A DNA stretch of 64,000 nt from an uncultured bacterium (lineage in GTDB: Bacteria > CSSED10-310 > CAZUFC01): assembly GCA_964619725.1 (NCBI GenBank), contig CAZUFC010000012.1, positions 21,161 to 85,160 of the forward strand, in the 5' to 3' direction. Of this stretch, positions 50,632 to 60,314 are shown one piece after another. The notes under the pieces were generated by a model. That model saw nothing but the letters and a program-made list of their open reading frames with translations. It made no database searches and was not told where the DNA came from. Both the position numbers and the translations under genes were made by a program. Each line of letters opens with the position of its first letter. Positions within the stretch are counted from its first letter, which is position 1.

Positions 50632-50717
50632 TGATCAAACGTGGACCGCACTTCTTTCAAACCTTTTGACAGTTTTTTCAGTAATCGGGGTCGGGATCGG
50701 GATCGGCATCGTAATCG
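50632..50717 (+). repeat. Dispersed intergenic element, copy B
   Basis: It reads TGATCAAACGTGGACCGCACTTCTTTCAAACCTTTTGACAGTTTTTTCAGTAATCG followed by GGGTCG GGATCG GGATCG GCATCG TAATCG. Confidence 0.85.
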
Positions 50718-50808
50718 CAACCTCAAAAGATGCATTTTTGATCAATGCCCCAAATTTCGCTGCCGAACACGCGCTGCCTCAAATACTCCTTGCTTTTTTA
50801 ACGACTTG

Positions 50809-50824
50809 TGGCACTATTATAGCG
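50809..50824 (+). promoter_or_regulatory. Candidate sigma-54 promoter upstream of the secretin gene
   Basis: TGGCACTATTATAGCG has correct GG-N10-GC spacing, but the -12 element is TAGC rather than TTGC. Confidence 0.3.
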
Positions 50825-51041
50825 ATTTGCCTTTGAAAGGCTTTCGATGCAAAACAAAAGACAAGATGTAATCTGACTGTCTGTGGATCACTTGTCAAGA
50901 CTGATCAAATGGAGGTTACAATTTTTGCGAATCGCTTCTTCCTTATCCGTGATAATCAGCGCTGTCTGCCGCTGCGGACTCTTTGCAATCGTTTCCAGGT
51001 TCCCTGGTATTTTATTTATCGCCCCTGTGTTTTCTGAACTG

Positions 51042-53420
51042 ATGCCGTTTTATTCATCAGATATAAAACCAGGAAATAAAGCCGTTTCGCTGCCGGTCGT
51101 CATTTTTTCCCTGTTTTTGTCGGCAGCTCTGCTTACGGGCTGTGCAGCCAGGAAGAGTTACGTGCAGGGATTGCGGGCCTGGAATGAAGGAAATCCTGAG
51201 AAGGCTTTAAAGCATTTTCAGGCTGCGGTGGAAAAAAAACCGGCCAATACTTCGTTTTTGAGAGCTCGAGACGACTGCCTGAATATTATTCTGGAAGAAA
51301 AATGGAAAGAAGCGCAGGAAGCGTTTGATGAGGAAAATTACGGAAGTGCGGAAGCCGCCGTGGAGTATATTCTCGATGTGGACCCTGCCAATACATTGGC
51401 CTGGCGTTTACTTCAACAGATTAAAAGACAGCGGATTAAAGCTGGACTTCTTTCAGAAATCGAAAGGGCATGGAGGCAGAACGACCGGGAAGCGGCCGAA
51501 CGGACTTTGATTGAATTAAAAAGACAATTCCCTGATGATCAGGAAGTAGTCGAACTGCTTGAACAGTATGATCGGATCAGCCGCCGTAATGCGGATTTCG
51601 ACAGGTATACAAGCGGATTGGAAATCAGCGTTAATTTTGCTGATGCGCTTCTGTCTGAAGTATTGCGTTCCCTGTCGGAAATCAGCGGACTCAATTTTAT
51701 TCTTGATCATGCTGTCGAGGATCGTTATCTCAGCATTAGCCTTTACAATGTTTCCATTGAAAAAATAATCGATCATGTTTTAACCGTCTGCGATCTGTTC
51801 TCCGTACCAGTGGATGAAAAAACCCGTTTGATCCTCAATGACGACCCATCCAACAGAAGAAAATACCGCCAGGAAACCATGAAAATCTTTTACCTCCAAT
51901 ACGCTCAATCAGAAGAAATCGTTACCCTGTTGACGAAAATGATCCGCGGCGCCTCATCAGTTTCCAACAACAATTTAAATGCGGTCATCGTAAAGGGGAG
52001 CCCGGAAAAAATTATAATGGCGGAAAAATTGATCGAGGCCAATGACGTTCGGAATAATGAGATATTGTTGGAGCTTGAGGTATTGGAAGTGAACCGCAGC
52101 CGTTTGCGGGAATTGGGGACGCGATTCGGATCATACGCCGTGGAAGGCAAAATAACGGGCCATCTGGGAAGACAAGACGGGAAATATCTTACGTGGCATT
52201 CATTGGGAAGTTTGAGCGGCAAGGAATTCATGATTACTGTGCCGTCTATCGCTTATTATTTTCTCAAATCCGACGATTTAACGCGAACGCTTGCCCAACC
52301 AAAACTCAGAATACTGGACAGGAACAAGGCTAAACTGCATATCGGCGAAAAGGTGCCCATCAGGATATTCACGAGCGTTTTCAGGGATACTAACGAAGAA
52401 ACGGTATCCTATGAGTATCGCGACATTGGCATTCTGATGGAGATAACGCCTGTTATTCATGGAACGAGTGAAGTTACTCTTAATTTAAAGCTGGAGATCA
52501 GTTCCATTTTATCCGGCAGCCGGGACGAACAGCCTTCGATCGGCGCCAGGACCGTTGAAACGTCGCTGCGTTTAAACAATAACGAAAAACAGATTCTGGC
52601 CGGTTTAATAAGGGATAATGAGCGAACGGAAACTGCTGAAATACCTGTCCTGGGGCAAATACCGCTGATAGGCCATTTTTTCTCCGGCAGAGCGCGTTCG
52701 GGACAGGAAACAGATATCGTGCTTACCTTGAATCCGCACATTCTGCATCCCGCCGGCGATTATGCGGGGAAATCGTCCATCCTGTGGGAAGGCAAGCCTG
52801 AAGAATCCTCATCCTCCTTGAAGGACTATGAGACCGTCAAACGGAGCGATCTGATCCGGGATAGAACGGCACGGGATGCTTCAACGATGATGGACTCTTT
52901 TCCTTCCGGCTCTCCCGATGAGTCCGAAGAACAGGCTGATTCTGCAGAAACGGCAACCCCGGAACCGGACCAGGACGAAACTCCACAAGATGGGCCTTCC
53001 GTTCCTGCCAAAGTTTATTTTTCTCCGGCTACCGCCCAGGTCATGCGAGGCGGAGAGGAAACCGTTGATTTGAAAATTAGAGACGGTTACAATGTGGCGG
53101 GCTGTCCTTTTCATCTGGTATTCGATCCCGATAAAATCAACATCACAGAGGCTGCAGAAGGTGAATTCCTGGGAAGAGACGGCGTTGCGACTTCCTTTAT
53201 CACCGCTATTGATAATGAAAGCGGCGTTTTAATCGTAGGATTGTCGCGTTTAGGCGAGCAACAAAATGGGATGTACGGGTCAGGCACGCTCTTAACTATT
53301 AAATTTAAAGGCATAGCTCCGGGTTATTCCGACCTTGTATTCAAAAATGAAAATCTTTTGGACCCTGCCGCTCATCAACTGCCGGCCGCTTTTCAAAACG
53401 GTCGCGTCGTTATTCGGTAA
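51042..53420 (+). CDS. Secretin-family outer-membrane lipoprotein with a C-terminal cohesin domain
   Basis: It has a lipobox (LLTGC), a TPR-like N-terminus and Secretin_N-type domains. The secretin core shows AQPKLRILDRNKAKLHIGEKVPI...IPVLGQIPLIGHFF. The last 137 aa (53007-53417) follow the cohesin pattern. The start is uncertain: the ORF track gives GTG 50883. Confidence 0.8.
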   Translation: MPFYSSDIKPGNKAVSLPVVIFSLFLSAALLTGCAARKSYVQGLRAWNEGNPEKALKHFQAAVEKKPANTSFLRARDDCLNIILEEKWKEAQEAFDEENYGSAEAAVEYILDVDPANTLAWRLLQQIKRQRIKAGLLSEIERAWRQNDREAAERTLIELKRQFPDDQEVVELLEQYDRISRRNADFDRYTSGLEISVNFADALLSEVLRSLSEISGLNFILDHAVEDRYLSISLYNVSIEKIIDHVLTVCDLFSVPVDEKTRLILNDDPSNRRKYRQETMKIFYLQYAQSEEIVTLLTKMIRGASSVSNNNLNAVIVKGSPEKIIMAEKLIEANDVRNNEILLELEVLEVNRSRLRELGTRFGSYAVEGKITGHLGRQDGKYLTWHSLGSLSGKEFMITVPSIAYYFLKSDDLTRTLAQPKLRILDRNKAKLHIGEKVPIRIFTSVFRDTNEETVSYEYRDIGILMEITPVIHGTSEVTLNLKLEISSILSGSRDEQPSIGARTVETSLRLNNNEKQILAGLIRDNERTETAEIPVLGQIPLIGHFFSGRARSGQETDIVLTLNPHILHPAGDYAGKSSILWEGKPEESSSSLKDYETVKRSDLIRDRTARDASTMMDSFPSGSPDESEEQADSAETATPEPDQDETPQDGPSVPAKVYFSPATAQVMRGGEETVDLKIRDGYNVAGCPFHLVFDPDKINITEAAEGEFLGRDGVATSFITAIDNESGVLIVGLSRLGEQQNGMYGSGTLLTIKFKGIAPGYSDLVFKNENLLDPAAHQLPAAFQNGRVVIR

Positions 53421-53452
53421 AACCGGAGTGCAGGGATGAATGGAGGAACAAA

Positions 53453-54820
53453 ATGAAGGCTTTTCTTACCGGCGCCGTTCAACGGTTCTCTTCTCAATGC
53501 GATTACCTGGAAGTGAGGATCGAAGAAACTTCGACCAGTTCCATCGCCTTTAAAGGACCGAATCTTGACATCCTCAGGGAATCAGAAGGTCGCGGCGGAT
53601 GCGTGCGCGCTCTAACGAACGGAGGTTGGGGTTTCGTCACCTTCAACAAGCTCGATGCTCTCGAAGATCACATCGCGGCAGCAGTCAGACAGGCAAAAAT
53701 GGTCGGCAGGCAGGAAAGCAACCTCGCTGAAGCGCCGGTCGTCGTCGATAAAGTTACTCCCGAAATGAAACTCGATCCTCGATACATTCCCCTCGGTAAA
53801 AAAATGGAGCTTCTCCAGAATTACAACGAGCTGATGATGGATTACCATGAGGCGGTTAAATCGACAGTGGTGAGTTACGGAGACTCGTCCCGTAAAATAT
53901 GGCTGGCTAATTCTCAAGGGACTTATATCGAACAGGAAAAAAGGGACATGGGCGCCAATTTTATCCCCGTCTGCATCAAAAACGGAGAAACACAAATGGC
54001 CGTCGTAGGCTGCGGCAGCTCCACTGACTTCAACGTCATCAGCGGCCTGGAAGAAGAATTGAAAAACGCCTGCAGCATCGCCGTCGATCTGCTCGATGCC
54101 CCCAGCATCCAGGGCGGAGCATACTCTGTAGTTGCCGATCCCCACATGGCCGGCGTATTTATCCATGAAGCCTTCGGACATATGAGCGAAGCAGAAAAAG
54201 TCTATGAAAATAAAAAACTCCAGGAAATAATGAAAATGGGCGCCCAAATCGGTTCCCCCCTTCTCACCGTTTACGATACAGGCCTCGTGGAAGGCAGTCG
54301 CGGCGCCATTCATTACGACGAGGAAGGCGTCAGAGCCCAAAAAACATACATCCTGAAAAATGGTATCCTGGAAGGACGGCTCCATACCAGGGAAACCGCC
54401 GGCAAACTAAATGAAAAACCCACCGGCAACGCCAGGGCCGTCGGGTATTCCTTTCCACCTATCTCACGAATGAGAGTTACCTGCATCGACCAGGGCGATA
54501 CTCCATTCGAAGATATGATCAAGGACATTAAATCAGGCGTCTATGCCTGTGATGCTTTCGGCGGACAGGGCGGAGAAATGTTCACTTTTACCGCAGGAAG
54601 AGGATACATGATCAGGAACGGCAAAATTGAAGAAATGGTTAAAAACGTTACCCTCTCCGGAAACTTGTTCACCACATTGAAAAACATTGACCGGATCGGA
54701 AATGATTTTACTCTGCATGAATCCGGCGGAGGATGCGGCAAAGGCGCCCAGTTTCCTCTGCCCGTCGCAGACGGAAGCCCGCATATACGTATTCAAAACG
54801 TCGTAATAGGAGGTCAGTGA
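53453..54820 (+). CDS. tldD: Metalloprotease TldD
   Basis: It has the HEAFGH motif (FIHEAFGHMSEAE) and a GGQGGEMFTF C-terminal region. Confidence 0.88.
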   Translation: MKAFLTGAVQRFSSQCDYLEVRIEETSTSSIAFKGPNLDILRESEGRGGCVRALTNGGWGFVTFNKLDALEDHIAAAVRQAKMVGRQESNLAEAPVVVDKVTPEMKLDPRYIPLGKKMELLQNYNELMMDYHEAVKSTVVSYGDSSRKIWLANSQGTYIEQEKRDMGANFIPVCIKNGETQMAVVGCGSSTDFNVISGLEEELKNACSIAVDLLDAPSIQGGAYSVVADPHMAGVFIHEAFGHMSEAEKVYENKKLQEIMKMGAQIGSPLLTVYDTGLVEGSRGAIHYDEEGVRAQKTYILKNGILEGRLHTRETAGKLNEKPTGNARAVGYSFPPISRMRVTCIDQGDTPFEDMIKDIKSGVYACDAFGGQGGEMFTFTAGRGYMIRNGKIEEMVKNVTLSGNLFTTLKNIDRIGNDFTLHESGGGCGKGAQFPLPVADGSPHIRIQNVVIGGQ

Positions 54821-54822
54821 TA

Positions 54823-56172
54823 ATGGACCGTTTTCTCCATGAAATGATGAAAAATGTCGACCAGGCGGAAATTTTCCACATGAACAGCAATCACTGTTCC
54901 GTTTCCTACAACAATAATAAACTCAAAGACATCAGCAAATCGGACAGCGAAGGATTAGGCATCAGAATAATTAAAAACAATAAACTCGCTCAGGGCGCTA
55001 CCTCCAATATGCTTAACTTGAATAACTTCGCTCAAAAACTGATCAAAGCCTCTGAATACGGCGAAACCGTTAACTTCAACCTCCCCCAAGCGCCGGTATC
55101 CCTTCAAAAAATTACTCTCTTCGATCCCGCAGTCAATCAGATAAAAGTCGAAGACCTGGTGGCCAGAGGACAAAAAGTCATCGACGACATACTGAATTAC
55201 GATCCTAATCTGCTGGCCTTCGCAGGATTCGCCGTCGGACTGGAAAAAAACAGGATAATGAATTCAAACGACATCGATCATTCCTACAAAATATCCTCTT
55301 TCGACTTCGGCCTGGGCGCTCAACTGGTCGAAGAAAACAATATTCTGTTCGTACACCGGGTATACATGGGCAACAGTCCCTGGACTGAAGAAGACATCGA
55401 AACCAGGCTGGAAGCATGCCTGAAAGACCTCAGCGTAGCCAGGAAAAACGTAACCGGGCCCACCGGACCCACTCCCGTTATTTTTACGCCTAACGCCATG
55501 GCCGACATTCTGTGCACCCTGGAAGAAGGCATCAACGGCGCCAATGCAGCCAAAGGCGCTTCTCCATTACTGGGAAAAACAGGACAGAAAATTTTCAGCG
55601 AAAAATTAACTATATTGGACGACGCTCTTAATCCCTACGGAACACAGTCCGCTCCCATCGACGACGAAGGCGTTCCCTGCAGAACAACAGAAATCGTTAA
55701 AGACGGCGTTTTCAAAAACTTCGTGCTCGACCTCAAAAACAGCTCACTCCTGAATATGGAACCCACAGGAAACGGCTTCAGAAGAAAAAGCCTCATCAAA
55801 AGCCATGAATACGCCGCTCCCGTTGCACCCTGCCCCTCCAACATCATGATCGCTCCCGGAAATACCCCCCTCAAAGACCTCATTGCAGACATCAAAAACG
55901 GTTACATCATCGATCAGATCACGGGAATACTGCTCGGTAACCTCCTTAACGGAGACTTCTCAGGCAACATCAACCTCGGCCTGGTCATCAAAGACGGTAA
56001 ACCCGCAGGCAGAATTAAAAACGCCATGGTCGCCGGCAATTTCTACACCATCTTCAGTCAAAAACTGATCGAATTAAGCAGCGATACCTACTGGACTGGA
56101 AACTTCGGAGGAGGCGCAGGCAGCTATAACCTCCCCTGGACCTACTTTAAAGACATAAGGATATCTGTATGA
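54823..56172 (+). CDS. pmbA: TldD partner protein PmbA/TldE
   Basis: It is a PmbA/TldD-family paralog lacking HExxxH. I placed the start at ATG 54823, 2 nt after the tldD stop, because the ORF-track N-terminus overlaps tldD. Confidence 0.8.
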   Translation: MDRFLHEMMKNVDQAEIFHMNSNHCSVSYNNNKLKDISKSDSEGLGIRIIKNNKLAQGATSNMLNLNNFAQKLIKASEYGETVNFNLPQAPVSLQKITLFDPAVNQIKVEDLVARGQKVIDDILNYDPNLLAFAGFAVGLEKNRIMNSNDIDHSYKISSFDFGLGAQLVEENNILFVHRVYMGNSPWTEEDIETRLEACLKDLSVARKNVTGPTGPTPVIFTPNAMADILCTLEEGINGANAAKGASPLLGKTGQKIFSEKLTILDDALNPYGTQSAPIDDEGVPCRTTEIVKDGVFKNFVLDLKNSSLLNMEPTGNGFRRKSLIKSHEYAAPVAPCPSNIMIAPGNTPLKDLIADIKNGYIIDQITGILLGNLLNGDFSGNINLGLVIKDGKPAGRIKNAMVAGNFYTIFSQKLIELSSDTYWTGNFGGGAGSYNLPWTYFKDIRISV

Positions 56173-56233
56173 ACTGAAAGTAGAAAGGTTTCCGGCATCA
56201 TCCCCCCAGTGAAATCGTCCAACAGGGCGCTGA

Positions 56234-56590
56234 TTAATTCTGATCCTGGCTTTTTTCCATAAATATAATTATTTCTTGAATTTTCGCTTTCACTTCAGGC
56301 AAACGATTTCTTATCGTAGTCCAAACGATATTGTCGTCAATGCCAAAGTAAAAATGTATGAGTCTATCTCTCATACCTGCCATTTCTTTCCAGGGCACAT
56401 TGGGATAACATCGTCTAATTTCATCCGGCAAATTTTTTACTGCTTCACCGATTATTTCAAATTTCCGAATAACAGCGCTCGATGTTTTATCATCTGCGCA
56501 GAACTCCTCAAATTTCATTCCTTTCGTGAAATTTTCAATGCTGTTAATAGCTGAAAGAATGTCCTTCACATACAACAGATAGTCTCTCAT
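56234..56590 (-). CDS. hepT: HepT-like (DUF86) RNase toxin
   Basis: It has the Rx4HxY motif in RDRLIHFYF and is 118 aa. It overlaps the upstream nucleotidyltransferase gene by 4 nt. Confidence 0.8.
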   Translation of the reverse strand: MRDYLLYVKDILSAINSIENFTKGMKFEEFCADDKTSSAVIRKFEIIGEAVKNLPDEIRRCYPNVPWKEMAGMRDRLIHFYFGIDDNIVWTTIRNRLPEVKAKIQEIIIFMEKSQDQN

Positions 56591-56886
56591 AACTTTACGG
56601 CCTCATTCAGTATCTTCTGTTTCAGTTCATCCCTGAGAGCCCTTCGCGATACGACATCTACTCTGCATTGAAAAACATCCTCCAAAAAAATCGCCAGTCC
56701 CGTAAGATCGAACAGGTCTGCTTCATCTTCAAATTCCGCCAGAATGTCTATGTCGCTGTCGGGATGTTGTTTATTTCGAACGATGGAGCCGAATAATCGG
56801 ATTTCTTTAACTCTGTACTTTTTTATCATTTCAGGTTTCAATTCACGTAAACGATCAAGAATTTGCTCTGTGGTCAAAAAAACCAT
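56587..56886 (-). CDS. mntA: MNT-type nucleotidyltransferase antitoxin
   Basis: It has the GSIVRNKQHPDSDIDIL motif (GSx10DxD). I chose the start at MVFLTT. Confidence 0.8.
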   Translation of the reverse strand: MVFLTTEQILDRLRELKPEMIKKYRVKEIRLFGSIVRNKQHPDSDIDILAEFEDEADLFDLTGLAIFLEDVFQCRVDVVSRRALRDELKQKILNEAVKL

Positions 56887-57131
56887 GGCTTCTCCCTTTA
56901 ACCTGATCAATCAGGTTCTGCGATACCCTTCGAAAGAAACTTGCCGACCGAAAATACTCCTTAAGATGCCGCAAGCTCAACTATTTATTTTACCCGGATT
57001 CCAAAAGAATTCCAATACTCAGATGGAGTCAGCATCCGGAATGGGGTCAGAGCCCTCCGCAAAACAATGAAAACGGTTTTCCCTTTTCCGTGATCAATCT
57101 GCTGAATCCAGCGCCCGGCAATCTGCCCGGT

Positions 57132-58079
57132 CTAACCATCGAATAAATCCGTGGATAAATATCTTTCTCCGGAATCAGGCAGGATCACCACTATTGTTTT
57201 TTTACGGCATTCCGGTCTGGAAGCGACAAGAACGGCAGCCCATAGGGCGGCTCCGGAGGATATGCCGGCGAAGATGCCTTCCTTTTTCGCCAGGATACGA
57301 GTCATTAAAGCGGCATCCCGGTCGTCAACATGCATAATTTCATCAATGATATCCATATTTAAAATATCAGGGATAAATCCGGCTCCGATACCCTGAATAC
57401 CGTGTCGGCCGGGCCGGCCGCCGGAGAGCACATTCGAGGCGGACGGTTCGACGGCAACAGTCCGTAATGTAAACTTTATATCTTTCAGCGTTTCTGAAAT
57501 TCCCGTTATAGTTCCGCCTGTACCAACGCCGGCGATCAGGCAGTCTATCTGACGGTTTGTCTGTTCCCAGATTTCTAGAGCTGTCGTGCGGCGATGAGCT
57601 TCCGGATTCGCTGGATTCTTGAATTGCTGGGGCATGAAGTACTCTTTTCCGCTTCCGACCAGTTCATCGGCCTTTTCAATGGCTGCTTTCATGCCGCCCG
57701 AAGCCGGCGTGAGAACCAGCTCGGCCCCGAACGCCTTCATCAGCTTGCGGCGTTCCCCGCTCATATTCTCCGGCATGACCACCAGCATCCTGTAACCTTT
57801 GGCTGCTGAAATCAGCGACAAACCTATTCCCGTGTTGCCGCTGGTCGGTTCCACTATCGTCATGCCCGGCTTTAATCTACCGTCCCGCTCGGCTGCTTCA
57901 ACCATCGCTTTCGCAACCCTGTCTTTGATCGAACCTCCGGGATTGAAAAATTCCAGCTTAGCGTAAATGTCGCCTGGAAGCTCATGGTCTAATTTATTCA
58001 ATTTCACCAAAGGCGTATTGCCGATCAGCTCCGTTATATTTCTAACAGGAACGGCATATCCACGTTTCATTTTTTCCAT
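57132..58079 (-). CDS. cysK: Cysteine synthase A (O-acetylserine sulfhydrylase)
   Basis: It has the PLP-lysine context FFNPGGSIKDR, plus TSGNTGI and GTGGTITG loops. Confidence 0.9.
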   Translation of the reverse strand: MEKMKRGYAVPVRNITELIGNTPLVKLNKLDHELPGDIYAKLEFFNPGGSIKDRVAKAMVEAAERDGRLKPGMTIVEPTSGNTGIGLSLISAAKGYRMLVVMPENMSGERRKLMKAFGAELVLTPASGGMKAAIEKADELVGSGKEYFMPQQFKNPANPEAHRRTTALEIWEQTNRQIDCLIAGVGTGGTITGISETLKDIKFTLRTVAVEPSASNVLSGGRPGRHGIQGIGAGFIPDILNMDIIDEIMHVDDRDAALMTRILAKKEGIFAGISSGAALWAAVLVASRPECRKKTIVVILPDSGERYLSTDLFDG

Positions 58080-58139
58080 TTAGAGTCTCCCTTTCTATAG
58101 GAAACTTTCTTCGCTTCAGCGCCTGTCCACACAGAAACC

Positions 58140-59042
58140 TTAATTTCCCATGCTCGTCATGACTCTGGCTCCCGGCGGCACATCCTTCGTCACCCACATA
58201 TTGCCTCCGATTACCGCGCCTTTCCCGATAGTTATTCTCCCCAGAATGGTTGCTCCCGAATATATGATCACATCATCCTCAACGACAGGATGCCGGGGAA
58301 TTCCCTTTATCGGATTCCCGTTCTCATCCAGCGGAAAACTCTTCGCTCCCAGCGTCACCCCCTGGTAAACGCGCACGTTGCGCCCGATTTCACAGGTCTC
58401 TCCTATCACTATACCCGTTCCATGGTCCATGAAAAAACGCTCGCCTATTGTCGCTCCCGGATGAATATCTATCCCGTTCTCCGAATGCGCTGCTTCCGTT
58501 ATGATACGGGGGATCAAATCCACCCCCAGCAGATGCAACTCATGCGCAAGCCGAAAATGGGTCATCGCATTGATGCTGGGATAACAAAAAATAGTCTCCC
58601 TGGGACTCTTAGCCGCAGGATCGCCCTCATACGCAGCATGAACGTCCTGTGAAAGCAACGTCCTTATCGACGGCAGCTTCTCAATGAACTCTGACGTGAT
58701 TCGTCGCGCCCGGCTCTCGCAGTCTTCGCAATCCACCGTTTCATCCGCAGGACAGGAAAAGCAGAATCCGCGCTTCACCTGGTCCGTAAGCAACCGGAAT
58801 ACTTCATCAATCATTGCTCCTACGTGATACATCATCGTTCTCGGAGACAACTCAGGCGCCCAGAAATAACCCGGAAAAAGCACCCCCTTCAATATGTTCA
58901 CCGCCTGCTTTAATATCGCAACAGAAGGCATCGGCATCTCATGATCATGACGATGAACCACCGACCGATAAGATTCCGGTCGACATAATTCCTTCGTCGT
59001 CCTGTCTATCGTCTCCTCATATCTCGTTTCATCTTCCTTCAT
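58140..59042 (-). CDS. cysE: Serine O-acetyltransferase
   Basis: It has an SATase N-domain and a hexapeptide-repeat C-terminus (GATIGERFFMDHGTGIVIGETCEIG...). It lies directly upstream of cysK. Confidence 0.88.
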   Translation of the reverse strand: MKEDETRYEETIDRTTKELCRPESYRSVVHRHDHEMPMPSVAILKQAVNILKGVLFPGYFWAPELSPRTMMYHVGAMIDEVFRLLTDQVKRGFCFSCPADETVDCEDCESRARRITSEFIEKLPSIRTLLSQDVHAAYEGDPAAKSPRETIFCYPSINAMTHFRLAHELHLLGVDLIPRIITEAAHSENGIDIHPGATIGERFFMDHGTGIVIGETCEIGRNVRVYQGVTLGAKSFPLDENGNPIKGIPRHPVVEDDVIIYSGATILGRITIGKGAVIGGNMWVTKDVPPGARVMTSMGN

Positions 59043-59075
59043 ATTATCCTTCCCTTCCTTCTCATTTACCTCAAT

Positions 59076-59104
59076 ACTTTATCACTTATGCCCCGTCTTT
59101 TCAA
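59076..59104 (-). promoter_or_regulatory. Candidate sigma-70-type promoter for cysE-cysK
   Basis: The minus strand reads TTGAAA, a 17-nt spacer, then TAAAGT, ~30 nt upstream of the cysE start. Confidence 0.3.
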
Positions 59105-59725
59105 AATCCAGTTACGCTAGCCATGCTCAAAATCCATAGAGGTTTTTTGCATATCAAGCCATGACAGAAAAAAAAAGACGTTTAAAATTCAGGGACTGCC
59201 CGAATCGCCGTTTGCGGATCAGAAACCGCAGCGCCTTTACAGCAGCGAGATTGTATCGGCTATTGATTTTATGGACCAGCGCTGTTTAACGAATTCAGCG
59301 CTGTATTTTTTGATCGAAAGCAGCTTATATCGCCAATCGGCGGGCGGTATCGGCATCGGAGTCGAAACAAATAATCACCAGGAGTTTTCCCGAAAAACCG
59401 GCTGCTTATCAAACGATCAGCTCGATGACCTCCCCACAGATATCTGACTATTGCACACACGTGACACAATAGTTCAATTGGGTCTGTTCTTTATTTTAGA
59501 TTTACGATTGTGTTGCCTATACCGACTCCGATTCCCGACAGAGGCTGTGTGGGATAAAAAATAATGGACTGCCTGAATCAGACAGTCAAACAGCGCTCAC
59601 AGGCAAAGTCCCCCCGCTTGCGGCTTTGGCATTAGGATAAGAATGCCGACTTATTAAATTAAGGTATTGATTAAGAATGCGTCTATTGAGGTGACGATTT
59701 TTCAGAATTTCTCATCATTTTATTT

Positions 59726-59807
59726 CGATTACGAATCCGATAGCGACCCCGGACTTCCGAAACTGACTGTCGAACGTTTTGAAAAAAGTGTAATCCTGGT
59801 TTGATCA
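59726..59807 (-). repeat. Dispersed intergenic element, copy D
   Basis: The reverse complement reads TGATCAAACCAGGATTACACTTTTTTCAAAACGTTCGACAGTCAGTTTCGGAAGTCCGGGGTCGCTATCGGATTCGTAATCG. Confidence 0.8.
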
Positions 59808-59885
59808 GTCGTAAAAAATGTAACCTTGAAAAATGTATATATGATCAGAGCCGGAATTATTAAAGCGAACAAAATGAATTCTGTT

Positions 59886-59923
59886 GTCCTTTCCGTCCCT
59901 TTGGTCCTTTTCGTCCTTTCAAA
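59886..59923 (-). repeat. Degenerate GGGAC-type array R3
   Basis: The reverse complement reads AGGACGAAA AGGACCAAA GGGACGGAA AGGACAACA. It has the same orientation as R2. Confidence 0.7.
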
Positions 59924-60022
59924 AAGGATGTGAAATTCTACGGCGCCATTCTGGACGATGAAGTGAACGATATCATGGGCTATCAGGATGTTGTTGAATT
60001 TGGGTAGGGGCTTTAATATAAA

Positions 60023-60095
60023 GGGACAAAGGGACAAAGGGACAAAGGGACAAAGGGACCTAAGGGACCTAAGGGACCTAAGGGACAGAAGGGAC
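60023..60095 (+). repeat. GGGAC short-tandem-repeat array R1
   Basis: The array is (GGGACAAA)x4 (GGGACCTAA)x3 GGGACAGAA GGGAC, read directly. Confidence 0.95.
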
Positions 60096-60314
60096 TTTTG
60101 GCGCTTAAAATCATTTGGTTAAGCAAAACTTTTATTTGAAAATTAACCTTCTTCAGAAAGATACTGAATTTTTGGATTGATCTTACCGGGGGTGCAGTTT
60201 TTCATAAAACCTTTGACTGATTACAATTTCCATTAAATAAACTGAATTTTACCCAAAATTATCTGTTTGACGACTTCACCGCCGGCTCTTCATCAATGGC
60301 CATTTATTTCTATA

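Noticed and set aside
50883-51041. The 53-codon N-terminal extension of the secretin ORF (GTG start) given in the ORF track.
   Set aside because: The extension precedes a canonical lipoprotein signal peptide (MPFYSS...LLTGC) and has no RBS. The internal ATG at 51042 is more plausible, though not proven.
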